DNA of 64,000 nt, from positions 137,238 to 201,237 of the forward strand of contig CAWFSB010000059.1 in assembly GCA_963818355.1 (NCBI GenBank). The letters are read 5' to 3'. The position numbers were made by a program, and so were the translations under genes. The notes beneath the pieces were generated by a model. The model did no database searches and was not told where the DNA came from. It saw nothing but the letters and a program-made list of their open reading frames with translations. Shown piece after piece: positions 34,735 through 45,519 of this stretch. Origin of the DNA: an uncultured Acidobacteriota bacterium (lineage in GTDB: Bacteria; Acidobacteriota; Vicinamibacteria; Fen-336). Position 1 is the first letter of the stretch. Each line of letters opens with the position of its first letter.

Positions 34735-35757
34735 CACGCGAGGCCCGGCGGACCGCGCCATCCGCCATTCGACTCCGAAGAGGAGCAGACCGAGGCCGAA
34801 CGCCACCCACGCCCACGCGCGGCGCCTGGGTGCGCCACCAGAGGACCGCCGCCGCGGTCAGGGCGACAGAGCCCAACCCGATCGCCGCCGTGACCTTCGC
34901 GTGGCCCCAGCGCTGGGCCAGCTTCTGGTAGAGGTGCTCGCGGTGCGCCTCGTAGAGGCGCTCACCGCGCAGGGCGCGGCCGACGAGCGTCCACGTCGGC
35001 GTCGGCCAGGAACAGCCACAGGCTCACGGCCACGAAGACCGCGGCCTGCGACCGCAGCTGCGGCGGAGCCAGGAGCGGGAGCGCCGCGAGCGTGTATCCC
35101 AGGAAGTAGCTGCCGATGTCGCCCAGGAAGACGCTCGCCGGCGACCAGTTGAACGGCAGGAAACCGGCTGCGGCTCCGACGAGCGCCGCCGCCAACAGGG
35201 CGGCGAACGGGTCCCAGCCCGCGAGGAGGACACCCGCCCCGGTCACGACGGCCTGCAGCGGCCGCCAGCCCGTCGATCCCGTCGAGGAAGTTGTAGAAGT
35301 TCATCACCGCCACGATCCAGAGGATCGTGGCGGCGGCGGCCAGCGGGCCCAGGTGGTGCTCCAGCAGCGCCGGCACCGGCACGCGCTCGAATCCTCCCAC
35401 TCGCAGCACGACCAGGCCCACCACACCGAGCTGAGCGACGAGGCGGGTGAAGGCCGACAGGCTGGCACGATCGTCGGCGAGCCCGATGAGCGCCAGGACG
35501 ACGCCCCCCAGCAGGATCGGGACTGCGCCCCGGTGGTCGGCCCAGACCGACCCCGAGAGCCAGAGCGCGACGAGCACCGCCAGCGCGATCGCCGTCCCCC
35601 CGCCTCGGGGGACGACCGTCCCGTGCGAGGAGCGCAGGTTGGGGCGATCCAGCAGGCCGACCTTCCGGGCGAGGTCGCGAAACACCGGCGTGAGCACGAG
35701 TGCCAGGACGAAGGCCAGGGCCGCCGCGAGAGCCGTGGGAAACCAGGAGGCGTTCAT
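34731..35757 (-). CDS. Polyprenyl-phosphate HexNAc-1-phosphate transferase (MraY/WecA/WbpL family) (about 3 frame breaks; 3' end inferred)
   Basis: [10 protein letters not shown]…[20 protein letters not shown]…IGLADD…[15 protein letters not shown]. It continues in ORF 34962..35246(-) (…[12 protein letters not shown]…). Confidence 0.7.
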
Positions 35758-35782
35758 CGACGGTGGCCGACAAGCCGAGGCA

Positions 35783-37884
35783 TCAGGCAATGATACCGGA
35801 GGAGCGTTTTCGGGGGTCTCTGGAGCGCAGGTACCAGGCAAAAGGCGCCGGGTCGAGAAACGGCGTGCAGTATCGCCACCGGTCGGACGCGAGTAGCGCC
35901 CGATCGGCCCCATGGGCGAGGAACCAGACGACCACGAAGCCCGAAGCGATGCCGATGCTCAACCGGCGCCGACGCCAGAACTCCCGGTAGAACCCGGACT
36001 CGAGCAGGGGAGGCACGGCGGAGACGAGAAGAGACGCAGAGCACGGCGCGACGTGGCGCATGTCGTCGGAGAAGAAGAACAGGAACAACGGCAAGTTGAA
36101 GAGAAGCGGCCAGCCCAGGAAGAGCGTCCGCCGCGCCTCGTGGGGTAGGGTGAGGCAAAGCACCACGGTCGCCAGGAGGGACCAGACCGTCGGGCCGCGC
36201 AGGGCTTCGTACGCGACATGCGGGTGTCGCAGGACGCCATTGAACACGTCGACGTCCACGAACTTGAGGCCCCGGTAGAGGGCGAGGTGCGCCATGTAGA
36301 CCGGGTAGGTTGCCCCGAAGCGAACGACCTCACGGAGGGCAACGTCAGAGGCATGCTTCGACGTCGGGGGAACACCCACCGTGGCGGCCCATTCGAAATA
36401 GCTCGCATCGACCGTCTGCCACCTGAACTTGTTCGGTACCTGCCACAATCCGACCCAGGCGTTGTCCCCGACCGTGTTCGTGGTCATGGAGAACTCCCCG
36501 GTGTACTGGTACTTGTAGGCCCCCCACGAAAGCCCGATCGACAGGTACAGAGCCGCCGGCAAGACCAGGTAGCGCAAGGCGCGCCGGTAGAGAATCAGCG
36601 AGAGTGCCGCCCATCCCACGACGCCCTCGGGCCGAGTCAGGAACCAGAGCGCAAAGGACAGATGGACGAGCACGTGGTAACGGAATGAGGGCCAGACTCC
36701 CCCTCGCTCTCGATCCAGGTAGAGGCAGAGAGCGGCGGCCGTCAGCAGGTAGACCGGGACCATGATCGAGTCGGCTTGCGTATTGGCGAGCTGGTTCGGC
36801 ATGTAGCAGACGAGCGCGGCCACGGCGACCGCGACGCCCGGTCGCATCGCCCTGGCCGCGGCCGCCACGAAGGCCGCATTCGCAGCCGCGAAGAAGAGCA
36901 GGTGGAGCTTGATCGAGGTGAGGCCGATGCCGAGGAGGTCGGTCGTGAAACCAGCCGCCAGGCCTGCAAGCGCGCCAAAGAAGCCGTATCCGGGCATGCG
37001 CTCCCAAGGCACCCAACCCGGCCCGAAGGTGAGCCCTTCACCCCCAGCAGCCGGGACCCCAGGTACATCCCGTAGTTGAGATTGCCGCCGATCCCGTCCT
37101 GGAGTGGGCCCGACGCCAGCATCACGCGCAGGTCGCGGGCCTGGTTCCAGTAGGGGTTGTGGACGACCCACAACTGCACGCTGGTCGCTGCGAGGGTCAG
37201 CAGGAACGTGAAGGCCGCAGCGAGCCAGATCCTGGCCCGCGGGATCCAGAAGGCGGCGATCGCACCGAGCCACGCCAGGCCGAGGCACGCGCGGGCGAGG
37301 ACACCGTAGTAGACCCGCCGATCCGGAAGCTGGCGGAGAAACCCGCGGGCATCCCGGGCGAGGCCGGCCTCGGAGGCGAAGAGACCGACCTCCTCGACAC
37401 GCAGCCGCGTCGCCGATTCTCCGGACACGGATGTGCGCTCGAGGACCACCCGGGCGCGGTCGCCGACCCGGAGGCCGACCATCTGCAGCACCCGGCGCCT
37501 GGGCCCGCCCCCCTCCTCCTTGGTCTCGACCTCCCGCCAGCCCGATTGGCGATCGGCCCGCAGGACGGTCGCCGTGAGGCCCGCCGCACTGGCTCCGAGC
37601 AGCAAGGCTCTCGGCGGGGCCTCCGTTGGCGAGAGCTCAAAATCGAGGACGACCCGATCGGCCCCGACGGCGCTCGCCTCGAGCCACAGCCTCCCCGGAC
37701 CGATCGCGAGGACCCGGACCGCGCACTCCACTTCGGGAGCCGTCTCGCATCGAGCGCCCGCGAGCCTGCCGACTCCGGCCGGGGTCGAATCGAACAGGCG
37801 CGGCCAGACAATGAGCGCGATGCCGGCCGCGCCCAGGGCGGCCAGAGCCAGGACGATCCACGCGGCGCGCTGCACGCCCCTCAT
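35783..37884 (-). CDS. Membrane protein: N-terminal TM, ~200-aa extracytoplasmic beta-rich domain, then a polytopic domain; function unknown (frame break near 37040)
   Basis: ORF 36742..37884(-) joins ORF 35783..37288(-) at …NLNYGMYLGSRLLG / GEGLTFGPGWVPWERMPGYGFFGAL…. SD GAGGAG lies before the ATG at 37884. Confidence 0.5.
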
Positions 37885-37982
37885 TCGGTCTCCTCGGGTG
37901 CGCGATCTTCGTCGCCTCGGCGAGTGAGCGTCGTCCCACGACGGCGGAATCGTGGCGCGGTGGTGATCGCTCTCTCCGGCGG

Positions 37983-37988
37983 ATTATA
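37983..37988 (-). promoter_or_regulatory. Perfect -10 box (TATAAT+CCGCC) upstream of the 37884 operon
   Basis: Minus strand: caTATAATCCGCCggagag. About 92-nt leader. No convincing -35 element. Confidence 0.4.
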
Positions 37989-38042
37989 TGACCGCTGGTC
38001 GAGCCGGTGAGGATAGACTAGGTTGCGGTTCAGCGAGGCAGG

Positions 38043-38846
38043 ATGCAGGAAGTCGTCGCGCGGGAAGAGGCCGTGAAGCAGTGGAGCGCGAACCCCTGTG
38101 GCGGGGTCGGCGGTGACGAGACCTCGCTCGTCTACTTCCTGGAAGTCGAGCGGAGCCGCTACGAGCAGCAGCCCTGGCAGCGCGCACGGCTCCGGTTCGA
38201 GCAGTACGCCGGCCGCCGTGTTCTCGAGATCGGCGTGGGCCTCGGCACGGACCTGGTCCAGTTTGCGAAGGCGGGGGCGGTCTGTCACGGGATCGACATC
38301 ACCGACCGCCATCTCGAGTTGGCGGCTCGCAACTTCGCGCTGCGCGGCCTGCCGGTCACGTTGAAGAAGTGCGACGCCTCCCGGATCGATTTCCCGGACG
38401 GGTACTTCGACGTGGTCTACTCCTTCGGTGTGATTCACCACATTCCCGACGCCGTGGCCGTCCTTCGGGAGATTCACCGGGTGCTGAAGCCAGGCGGCAA
38501 GTGCCTCATCGCCCTGTATCACACGTACTCGCTGTTCCATCTCTACATGGTGCTCGTCAGGGGGGTCTTCCTCGGAGGGTTGCTGCGCCTGGGCTACGAA
38601 GGCCTGATGGCCACCATCGAGGGCGGGGCCGACGGGGTCTCGATCAAGCCCTACGTCAAGGTCTACAGTCGCCGCGAAGCGAAGGCTCTCCTCGCGGACT
38701 TCCGCCCGGTGGGCGTCTCCGTTCACCAGATCGAGCTCGGGCGCTTCCGTGCCTCACGCGCGGGACGGGTCTTGGCCCCCATCCTCCGACGGCTCGAGCC
38801 CCTGTTCGGCTGGTACGTGGTCGGCGAGGGCGTCAAGCCGGCGTGA
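38043..38846 (+). CDS. Class I SAM-dependent methyltransferase
   Basis: Intact 267 aa: VLEIGVGLGTD…FDVVYSFGVIHHIPD…LKPGGKCLIALY. Confidence 0.85.
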   Translation: MQEVVAREEAVKQWSANPCGGVGGDETSLVYFLEVERSRYEQQPWQRARLRFEQYAGRRVLEIGVGLGTDLVQFAKAGAVCHGIDITDRHLELAARNFALRGLPVTLKKCDASRIDFPDGYFDVVYSFGVIHHIPDAVAVLREIHRVLKPGGKCLIALYHTYSLFHLYMVLVRGVFLGGLLRLGYEGLMATIEGGADGVSIKPYVKVYSRREAKALLADFRPVGVSVHQIELGRFRASRAGRVLAPILRRLEPLFGWYVVGEGVKPA

Positions 38847-40863
38847 GGCAGACACGCAGCGGCGGGTCGAGGGTCCCCTCGCGAGCGAAGAGCAGTCGGA
38901 CGACGGGCACGGCCACCCCGTAGCTCGGCGACACGCGTCCCTCACCGATCTCCAGCGCCCAGAAGTCGATCGGACCCCACTCGAGGAAGAAGCGTCGGCC
39001 ATGGGCTTCGAGGACCACACGTCCGGCCGAGCGTTCCCCGGTTCCGACCCCGGGGGCGAGGTGGAGCGGGATCTCGATCCGGTGACGACCGGAGCCCTCG
39101 AAAGCGTCCGTGATCGTCAGCGCATGCTTCCGGTGGTCGAGCACCATCGTACGGACCGGGGTGACGGGCGCCGGGAGACGCTGGTAGCCCGCGTGCGCCC
39201 CGCAGAAGACGTCGGCCTCCTCGCCGGCCTCGAAGCGGCGCAGGTCCGGCCGGGCGTCGTACTCGAGGTCCCAGAGCAGGCCGGGCCTGAACCGGTTGAT
39301 CTCCTCGCCGTCGACCTGCGGAGTGTTGTGGTAGGCCGTCGAGCGAAATCGATTGCGCTCCTCGAACGAGCGCGTGTACACGAACGCGCCGCAGTCCGAG
39401 ACGAGCCGAACGCCGTCGAGAGCGGCTTCGAACGAGAGGCAGTCGTTGTGGCCGTGGCCGCCGCGGTCGGCGAGCCCGATCCGGCCGCAGTCGATGAACA
39501 CGTGGTCGAGGGCGTTTCGCATGACGAAGAAGCCCCCGTCGGGGAAGGCCTGGGACGGGACCGGCATCACCGGAGGGCGGGCATGAGCCAGCGACTCGAC
39601 CGCGGCGGGGCCGAGGGTCCAGAACACCTCGCTCGGGTCCCCTCCGAAGGTCTCCTTCAGATCCGTGACGTTCCAGGCGGCGCCGACGAGCCCAGTGAGG
39701 TAGCGGTGGTCGTTCAGGTCCTGGCCGCCGAGCGGCAGAGCGCGTGCGTCGTCGGCGTCGCCCCAGAGCGGGACCGACCCGTCCGGCCGGGAGTAGGCCA
39801 TCGTGAAGCGCGCCATCGCCTTCACGCGCTCGCGGTAAGGCTCCGGGACGTCGAGGCCGAGCGCCTCGCGGTAGAGGGCGGGGAGCAGGAACAACTCGGC
39901 GACCAGGCGGTGGTAGGGGATCGAGGCTTCGAAGTCGACGCCGTCCGGGTAGACCTGACGCGGGATCTCATCGCACAGGATCGACCAGGCCTTCGCCTGC
40001 CAGCGCGGCGCGTCCCTTCCTTGCCCGAAGAACAGGCCGGCGAAGGCGAGACCCGCCCCGTCCGCCGTGCAGTGGTTGCCGTTCACGTCCGAGATCTCGA
40101 AGTGCCGGTCGGTGAAGTCGCCGTGCAGGTAGAGCGCGCACAGGAAGCGCTCGCGAAAGCCGGCATCCGACCAGGCGCGGCTGGCGTGGAACACTCGGAA
40201 GAACCACGTCCAGCTCAGGATCCGCAGCGCCGCCTCCATGGTGGAGGACCAGTTCACGGACCCGGCATAGGGGTTGGCGTCGATCCAGTCGACCAGGACG
40301 TCCCGGACGGCTTCCGCGTAGCGCTCGTCGCCGGTCAGCAGGTACGCCTGGCCCGCCGGTATCAGCCACTGCAGCCGGGACAGATCCCACGGCACCTTGA
40401 CGTCGCTCGTGTCGTGCGGGTTCACGTACACGATGTCTCGCATGTACCCGCGCGGCCACGCGACGCCCGTCTTGTAGTCCCGCAACCAGTCGATGCGCGG
40501 TCCCAGGTCCACCGTCTCGGGTCCGAGCAGCCGGACGCGGTGGGCGAGGGCGTCCTCCGCGGCCGCCAGGATGCGCTCCTCGTCGCCCGGGCACAGGCGC
40601 CGCAGCACGGGCGGGGCGACCGCGATCGTGTGCGCGGGGAAGGGCCGCATGGCCAGCCGACTCCAGAGCGACGCGAGGTCGGTGTCGCCGCATGCCGCAA
40701 GGAGCCGACGGCGGTCGAAGCGCCGCGCGCGCCAGGGGGCGAGGAAGCGCTCGGCCTCGACCTCCGCCGTGTAGGCGATGCGGCGCGCGATCACCCGTGG
40801 TGGCTTGCGCAGGCCGCGGCGGACGAGCTGAATGAGCCCGTGGAGGCCCGTTGGGGGCGACAT
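38833..40863 (-). CDS. Heparinase II/III-family (alginate-lyase-like N-domain) protein
   Basis: Intact 676 aa: DWIDANPYAGSVNWSSTMEAALRILSWTWFF, NHCTADGAGL, HGHNDCLSFE. Confidence 0.8.
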   Translation of the reverse strand: MSPPTGLHGLIQLVRRGLRKPPRVIARRIAYTAEVEAERFLAPWRARRFDRRRLLAACGDTDLASLWSRLAMRPFPAHTIAVAPPVLRRLCPGDEERILAAAEDALAHRVRLLGPETVDLGPRIDWLRDYKTGVAWPRGYMRDIVYVNPHDTSDVKVPWDLSRLQWLIPAGQAYLLTGDERYAEAVRDVLVDWIDANPYAGSVNWSSTMEAALRILSWTWFFRVFHASRAWSDAGFRERFLCALYLHGDFTDRHFEISDVNGNHCTADGAGLAFAGLFFGQGRDAPRWQAKAWSILCDEIPRQVYPDGVDFEASIPYHRLVAELFLLPALYREALGLDVPEPYRERVKAMARFTMAYSRPDGSVPLWGDADDARALPLGGQDLNDHRYLTGLVGAAWNVTDLKETFGGDPSEVFWTLGPAAVESLAHARPPVMPVPSQAFPDGGFFVMRNALDHVFIDCGRIGLADRGGHGHNDCLSFEAALDGVRLVSDCGAFVYTRSFEERNRFRSTAYHNTPQVDGEEINRFRPGLLWDLEYDARPDLRRFEAGEEADVFCGAHAGYQRLPAPVTPVRTMVLDHRKHALTITDAFEGSGRHRIEIPLHLAPGVGTGERSAGRVVLEAHGRRFFLEWGPIDFWALEIGEGRVSPSYGVAVPVVRLLFAREGTLDPPLRVCLTPA

Positions 40864-40913
40864 CGGCGCATGATAGCGTAGCCGTGGGCCGCCTCCCCGG
40901 CGGCCGCGTGACC

Positions 40914-42308
40914 ATGGGTCGAAAACTCCTCGCTCTCGCCGTGCTCCTCGTCGCCGTTCGCGTCGCGACGGTCTTCGCGTACCGCGACACGCTGTACTAC
41001 TACGGCATGATCTCGCACCAGTTCGGCATCGCGGAAGCGGCCTACCGCGGCCACTGGTTCGCCCACGACGCCACCCTCTCAGGAGAGGCCTTGAACGAGG
41101 CGAAGAGGCAGGGACGCTTCATCCCCCTCGAGGAGTGGGGGCGCCTGCCGGCGTCCGGTCGTTACTCGACCTTCCCGGCTGCCGACCTTCCCGGCCTGGG
41201 CTACCTGATCGCGTTCACGAGCCGCTGGATCGACGACCACCTGACCACGCGCTGGGCGATGGGAATCCAGGTCGTGGTCGAGATGGCGAGCGTCCTCCTG
41301 TTCGTGGCCGGCGCCGCGCTCGTCTTCGGGCGCCGCGCCGGCCTTCTCGCCGGGCTCGTCTACGTTCTGGCCTATCCCTTCATCTGGCCCATCGCGAGCC
41401 TCCCGATGCGCGACGTGTTCGTCCTCGGCACGTACGCGTCGTTCATTGCAGCCACCCTGGGCTTCGCGCGGGCCCGCGGAGGCCGGGTCTGGCTGTTCTC
41501 GGCGCTGCTGCTCGCGGGCGGCTCGGCGCTTCTGTGGGTGAGGCCCCACGGCTACTACTTCTTCCTGGTCATCGTGCCCCTCGTGGCGCTCGTGCGGCGC
41601 CGGTCGCCGCGGCAGCGGGCGGCGTTCGCCCTCCTGGTCGTCGCCGTCCCCTGGTTGGTCTTCGGCCACCCCCTGCGCCTCTTCAACCTCCGCTACTACG
41701 GGGTCGGCGGGACCGATGCCATCGGCCGGACGCTCTGGGAGCACATGGGGATCGTGAAGGACAACCCGTACGGCTTCGTGCTCGCGGACGAAGCGATGCT
41801 CCCCTGGGTGAGGGCGTACTACGGAAGGGACGTCGAGTACGCCTCACCCGAGATGAACCGGCTGCTCGGCGACTACGCCCGGCGCGTCATCCGGGAGGAC
41901 CCCGTCTTCTACCTGAAGACCGTGGCCCTGAGCTGTCTCGAGATGGCGAAGACCCCCGTCGACTTCGTCCCCCCGTTCCCGCTGGTGGAGTACGCGGGCT
42001 CGGGCCTGCCGCTCGGGGCCTACGCGCGGGCCCACCCGCTGTCCTTCGGCTTCAAGATCTTCAATCGGATCGTGCTGACGATCTTCTTCTATGGCGGACT
42101 GTTCCTGACGGTCCGCCTGGCCCGGCGACGACCGGCCGACCGGCTGGAGCTCGCCGTGCTCCTGAGCCCTCTCGTCTACAACGTGATCGTCCAGGCCGCG
42201 ACGCACTTCGAGTCGCGCTACATGGCGACGGGCGCCTGGGTCCTCGTGCTGCCCTGGGCCTGCGGCCTCGAGGAATGGCTCGCCCGGCGCGAAAAGATGG
42301 CAAGATGA
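40914..42308 (+). CDS. Polytopic membrane protein, candidate GT-C glycosyltransferase
   Basis: Intact frame. MGRKLLALAVLLVAVRVATVFAY…; about 10 helices. Immediately upstream of a polyprenyl-P GT2 gene, with a 4-nt gap. Confidence 0.5.
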   Translation: MGRKLLALAVLLVAVRVATVFAYRDTLYYYGMISHQFGIAEAAYRGHWFAHDATLSGEALNEAKRQGRFIPLEEWGRLPASGRYSTFPAADLPGLGYLIAFTSRWIDDHLTTRWAMGIQVVVEMASVLLFVAGAALVFGRRAGLLAGLVYVLAYPFIWPIASLPMRDVFVLGTYASFIAATLGFARARGGRVWLFSALLLAGGSALLWVRPHGYYFFLVIVPLVALVRRRSPRQRAAFALLVVAVPWLVFGHPLRLFNLRYYGVGGTDAIGRTLWEHMGIVKDNPYGFVLADEAMLPWVRAYYGRDVEYASPEMNRLLGDYARRVIREDPVFYLKTVALSCLEMAKTPVDFVPPFPLVEYAGSGLPLGAYARAHPLSFGFKIFNRIVLTIFFYGGLFLTVRLARRRPADRLELAVLLSPLVYNVIVQAATHFESRYMATGAWVLVLPWACGLEEWLARREKMAR

Positions 42309-42312
42309 GCCC

Positions 42313-43297
42313 GTGTCGACCTTCGAGCGCGGCCTCCTGAGCGTCGTCATCCCCTGCTACAACGAGATCTCGGTGCTGCCCCTGCTCGAGGAGCGCCTGC
42401 GGTCTTCCCTGGCGGGCATGGGAATGCCCTGGGAGGTCGTGTTCGTCGACGACGGCTCCCGGGACGGCTCCTACGAGCAGCTCGCGGCCCTGAGCGCCGC
42501 CGACTCCGCGCTTCAAGGTCGTGCGCTTCTCCCGCAACTTCGGGCACCAGGCCGCGATCGCCGCCGGGCTCTCGTGGGCGCGCGGCGAAGCGGTCGCGAT
42601 CCTCGACGCCGACCTCCAGGACCCGCCCGAGCTGATCGCCACCTGCCTGCAGCACTGGCGAGAGGGCGACCAGGTCGTGTACTGCCAGCGGGAGGAGCGC
42701 AAGGAAGGCGCCCTCATGCGGCTGCTCTACGCCTCCTTCTACCGGCTCCTTCGCGCGTCGTCCGAGGTCGCCATGCCGCTCGACGCGGGTGACTTCTGCC
42801 TCATGGACCGGCGTGTCGTCGACGTGATCACCGCCATGCCCGAGCACCGCGTGTTCGTCCGGGGCCTGCGGGCATGGGCGGGATTCCGCCAGCGGGCGCT
42901 CCCGTACGAGCGCCCCGCCCGGGCGGCGGGGGCCACGAAGTACCCCCTCGGCAAGCTGCTGGCCCTGGCCGGCGACGGGCTGTTCTCGTTCACGCTCATC
43001 CCGCTTCGGGTGGCGACCTGGCTCGGGGCTCCTGCTCAGCCTGGTCTCCGGCGCCTGGGGTGCGTTCGTGCTGGCGTGGCGGCTCTTCGGGTTCAGGATC
43101 TTCGGTCTCACGGCGGCGGACCTGCCGGGCTGGACCGGCTTCGTGCTGCTGCTCATTCTCTTCGGTAGCGTCCAGCTCCTCCTGCTCGGCGTGCTGGGAG
43201 AGTACGTCGGGCCGGATCTACGAAGAGACGAAGGGCCGTCCACGCTGGGTGGTCGAGGCCGCGCACGGGTTCGAGCGCGCACGCCGAACGCCTGTAG
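42313..43297 (+). CDS. GT2 polyprenyl-phosphate glycosyltransferase (ArnC/GtrB-like), paralog of 17266..18228 (3-4 frame breaks)
   Basis: LLSVVIPCYNE…VFVDDGSRDGS | …SRNFGHQAAIAAGLSWARGEAVAILDADLQDPPE… | TM helices | …GEYVGRIYEETKGRP. The TAG at 43295-43297 is in the third frame. Confidence 0.7.
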
Positions 43298-43306
43298 CTC
43301 CCCGGA

Positions 43307-44134
43307 CTACCCGGCCACCCTCTGGGCGGCCGCCATCACCGAGGTTCCGATCGGCGGGCGGCTCGACGAGCCTCAGCTCGACCCGCATCAACGCCTTGAG
43401 CGCCTGGTTGACGATCGGATGCGGAGGCTCGAAACCCCGTCGAATCGTCCTCGGATCGGGTACCTGGCCCACCACCAGCCGCCTCAGGCCAACGAGCGGC
43501 ACGAGGCCGAAGCCCCAGTACCGGACGGCACTCAGCCGACACGGGAGGCCGTCGAGCTCGGCCGCGAGCGAGCGTGTCGAGTACCGGCGGACGTGCCCGG
43601 CCGCGACGTCGTAGGCGCTGTAGAGGGACTGGAGGGCCGGCACGTTGAGGAACAGGTGGCCCCCGGGGCGGAGGTGCTCGACGGCGGCGCGAAGGAGCGA
43701 TCCCGGGCGCTCGACGTGCTCGATCACGTCGAACAGGAACGCGGCGTCGTACGAGCCGAGGAGTGGCCGGTCGGCCTGCGTGACGTCGTAGTAGAGGGTC
43801 CGGCCGCGCGCGGGCTTCGCCATTCCCAGGGCGGGGAGGTTGAGGTCGGTCATGTCGACGCGCCACTGCGTGGCCCGCTCGACCTGCTCACGGAAGCGGC
43901 CCGCTCCTCCGCCGATGTCCAGCGCGCGGAGCGGACGGCCGAGGGCCAGCCCGCTCTCCTCGACGAGACGCAGTGCCACCGCGAGCCGCCACTGCATCCA
44001 GAAGTGGTGGTCGTCGCCGTTACTCGTACCAGTCGTCGGGAAAGGGTGTCTCGAGGACGGGCGAGAGGTACTCGATCGTCGGCTCACCCGGAGCCCTCGC
44101 GTACCGGTCGCCGGCTTGCTCGGCTGTCGGTCAC
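43307..44134 (-). CDS. Class I SAM-dependent methyltransferase (about 3 frame breaks)
   Basis: GTG at 44134 after GGAGGAGG. …PFPDDWYE / DDHHFWMQWRL…ALDIGGGAGRF…FLFDVIEHVE…LRPGGHLFLNVP…. After a shift the C-terminus reads PPIGTSVMAAAQRVAG, then TAG at 43307. Confidence 0.65.
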
Positions 44135-44187
44135 CCTTCTGGTCCTCCTCCTGCGCGCCCCCTACTCTAACCTCCTCGAGGGCGCCG

Positions 44188-45519
44188 ATGGACGGGGGCG
44201 AACGCGGCGACGACAATACACCGATGATCCGCAAGGACGACCCGACCGCGAGCGCCGCCGCACCACGTCCACGGCGCCGGGTCGTCCTCGCGTTCCTCCT
44301 CGTCAACGCCGCCATTCTGGGGATCGTCGCCGAGGGCGGGGCGCGCGTCTGGTCTTGGTACCGTCAGCACCGTGACCGAGCCGTAGCCGCGACTGCCCCG
44401 CACGGGCCGCCGCTGACGCCCGCCGAGGCCGAAGCGGCGGGCCGCGCGCTGGGCCTCGACGTCTACGAGATGGCCGACCCCGTCCGACGGGGGGCCTGGC
44501 GGCTCCGGCCGGGCTATCGCGGGACCCTTCGCGAGGTGCTCGAGGCGAAGCGCGCGGCCGGGCGTGTCCTGGCCGTGCGGCACATGGAGAGCGCGCCGCG
44601 CAAGCTCGGTATCGGGCCCGATGAGGTCGCGGTGGAGGTGAACGCCGAGGGGTTCAGGGGACCGGCCCTCGATCCCCCGCCGGGCGCACCGCATCCTCGC
44701 CCTGGGCGACTCCTGCACCTTCGGCAGCCCCGTGTCGGAGCGCTTTCCCTACGCGCGGGCGATGGAGCGCGAGCTGCGCCGCGACGGCGTCGACGTCGAG
44801 GTCGTGAACGCCGGGGTCGAGGGCTACTCGCCGGTCGACGTCGTCGCCCGCCTGGACGAGCTTCGCGCGCTGCGACCCGATGTCACGACCGTCTACATCG
44901 GCTGGAACGCGCTCTACCGGGAGCGTACCTGAACGATGCCACCGGGATCCGGCGGCACCTTCACAGCGCGCGGCTCCTCGCACGGGCCCTCGAGACGGTC
45001 GAGGCGCGGCTTGGCGATCGCCGTCAGGCGCGCTCGACGCCTACGCTCGGAAGAAGCGGCCCGATCCCACGGCGCCCGAGCTCGATCTCCTCGCGGACTA
45101 CGTTCCTTCCTTCCTCCCGGACGTCGTGCGTATCGTCGACTCGATGGAGGCGGCGGGGAGCCGCGTCGTGATCCTGACGCTCCCGGGCCTCTACACGACG
45201 GACCGGACCCCTTCACCCCGCGCCCTCGACATCGGCCACCTCCCGACGTTCACGGACAACCCGTTCGTCCTGGCGCGCATGGCCGAGCGCTACAACGATG
45301 CCCTCCGGGCCTTCGCCCGTGAGCCGAGGGCTCCCGATCGTCGACCTCGACCGGTGGTCTCGCGAGACGCTCGTGCCCCCCGAGGGGCACTTCATCGATT
45401 CGGTCCACCTCGACGAGCGGACCCAGGAACAGGCTGGTGCGTACCTCGCGAACGCGCTCGCGCCGCTGCTCCCGCCTAGATCCAGCCCGCCTCACGCAAG
45501 CGCCGCACCTCCCCGGTGA
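44188..45519 (+). CDS. SGNH/GDSL-family hydrolase with N-terminal TM anchor (about 3 frame breaks; 3' end 45479 or 45519)
   Basis: VVLAFLLVNAAILGIV (TM); HRILALGDSCTFG (block I, read after a shift); VVNAGVEGYS; …FIDSVHLDERT (block V). Pieces are ORFs 43840, 44732, 44880 and 45298 (+). Confidence 0.6.
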
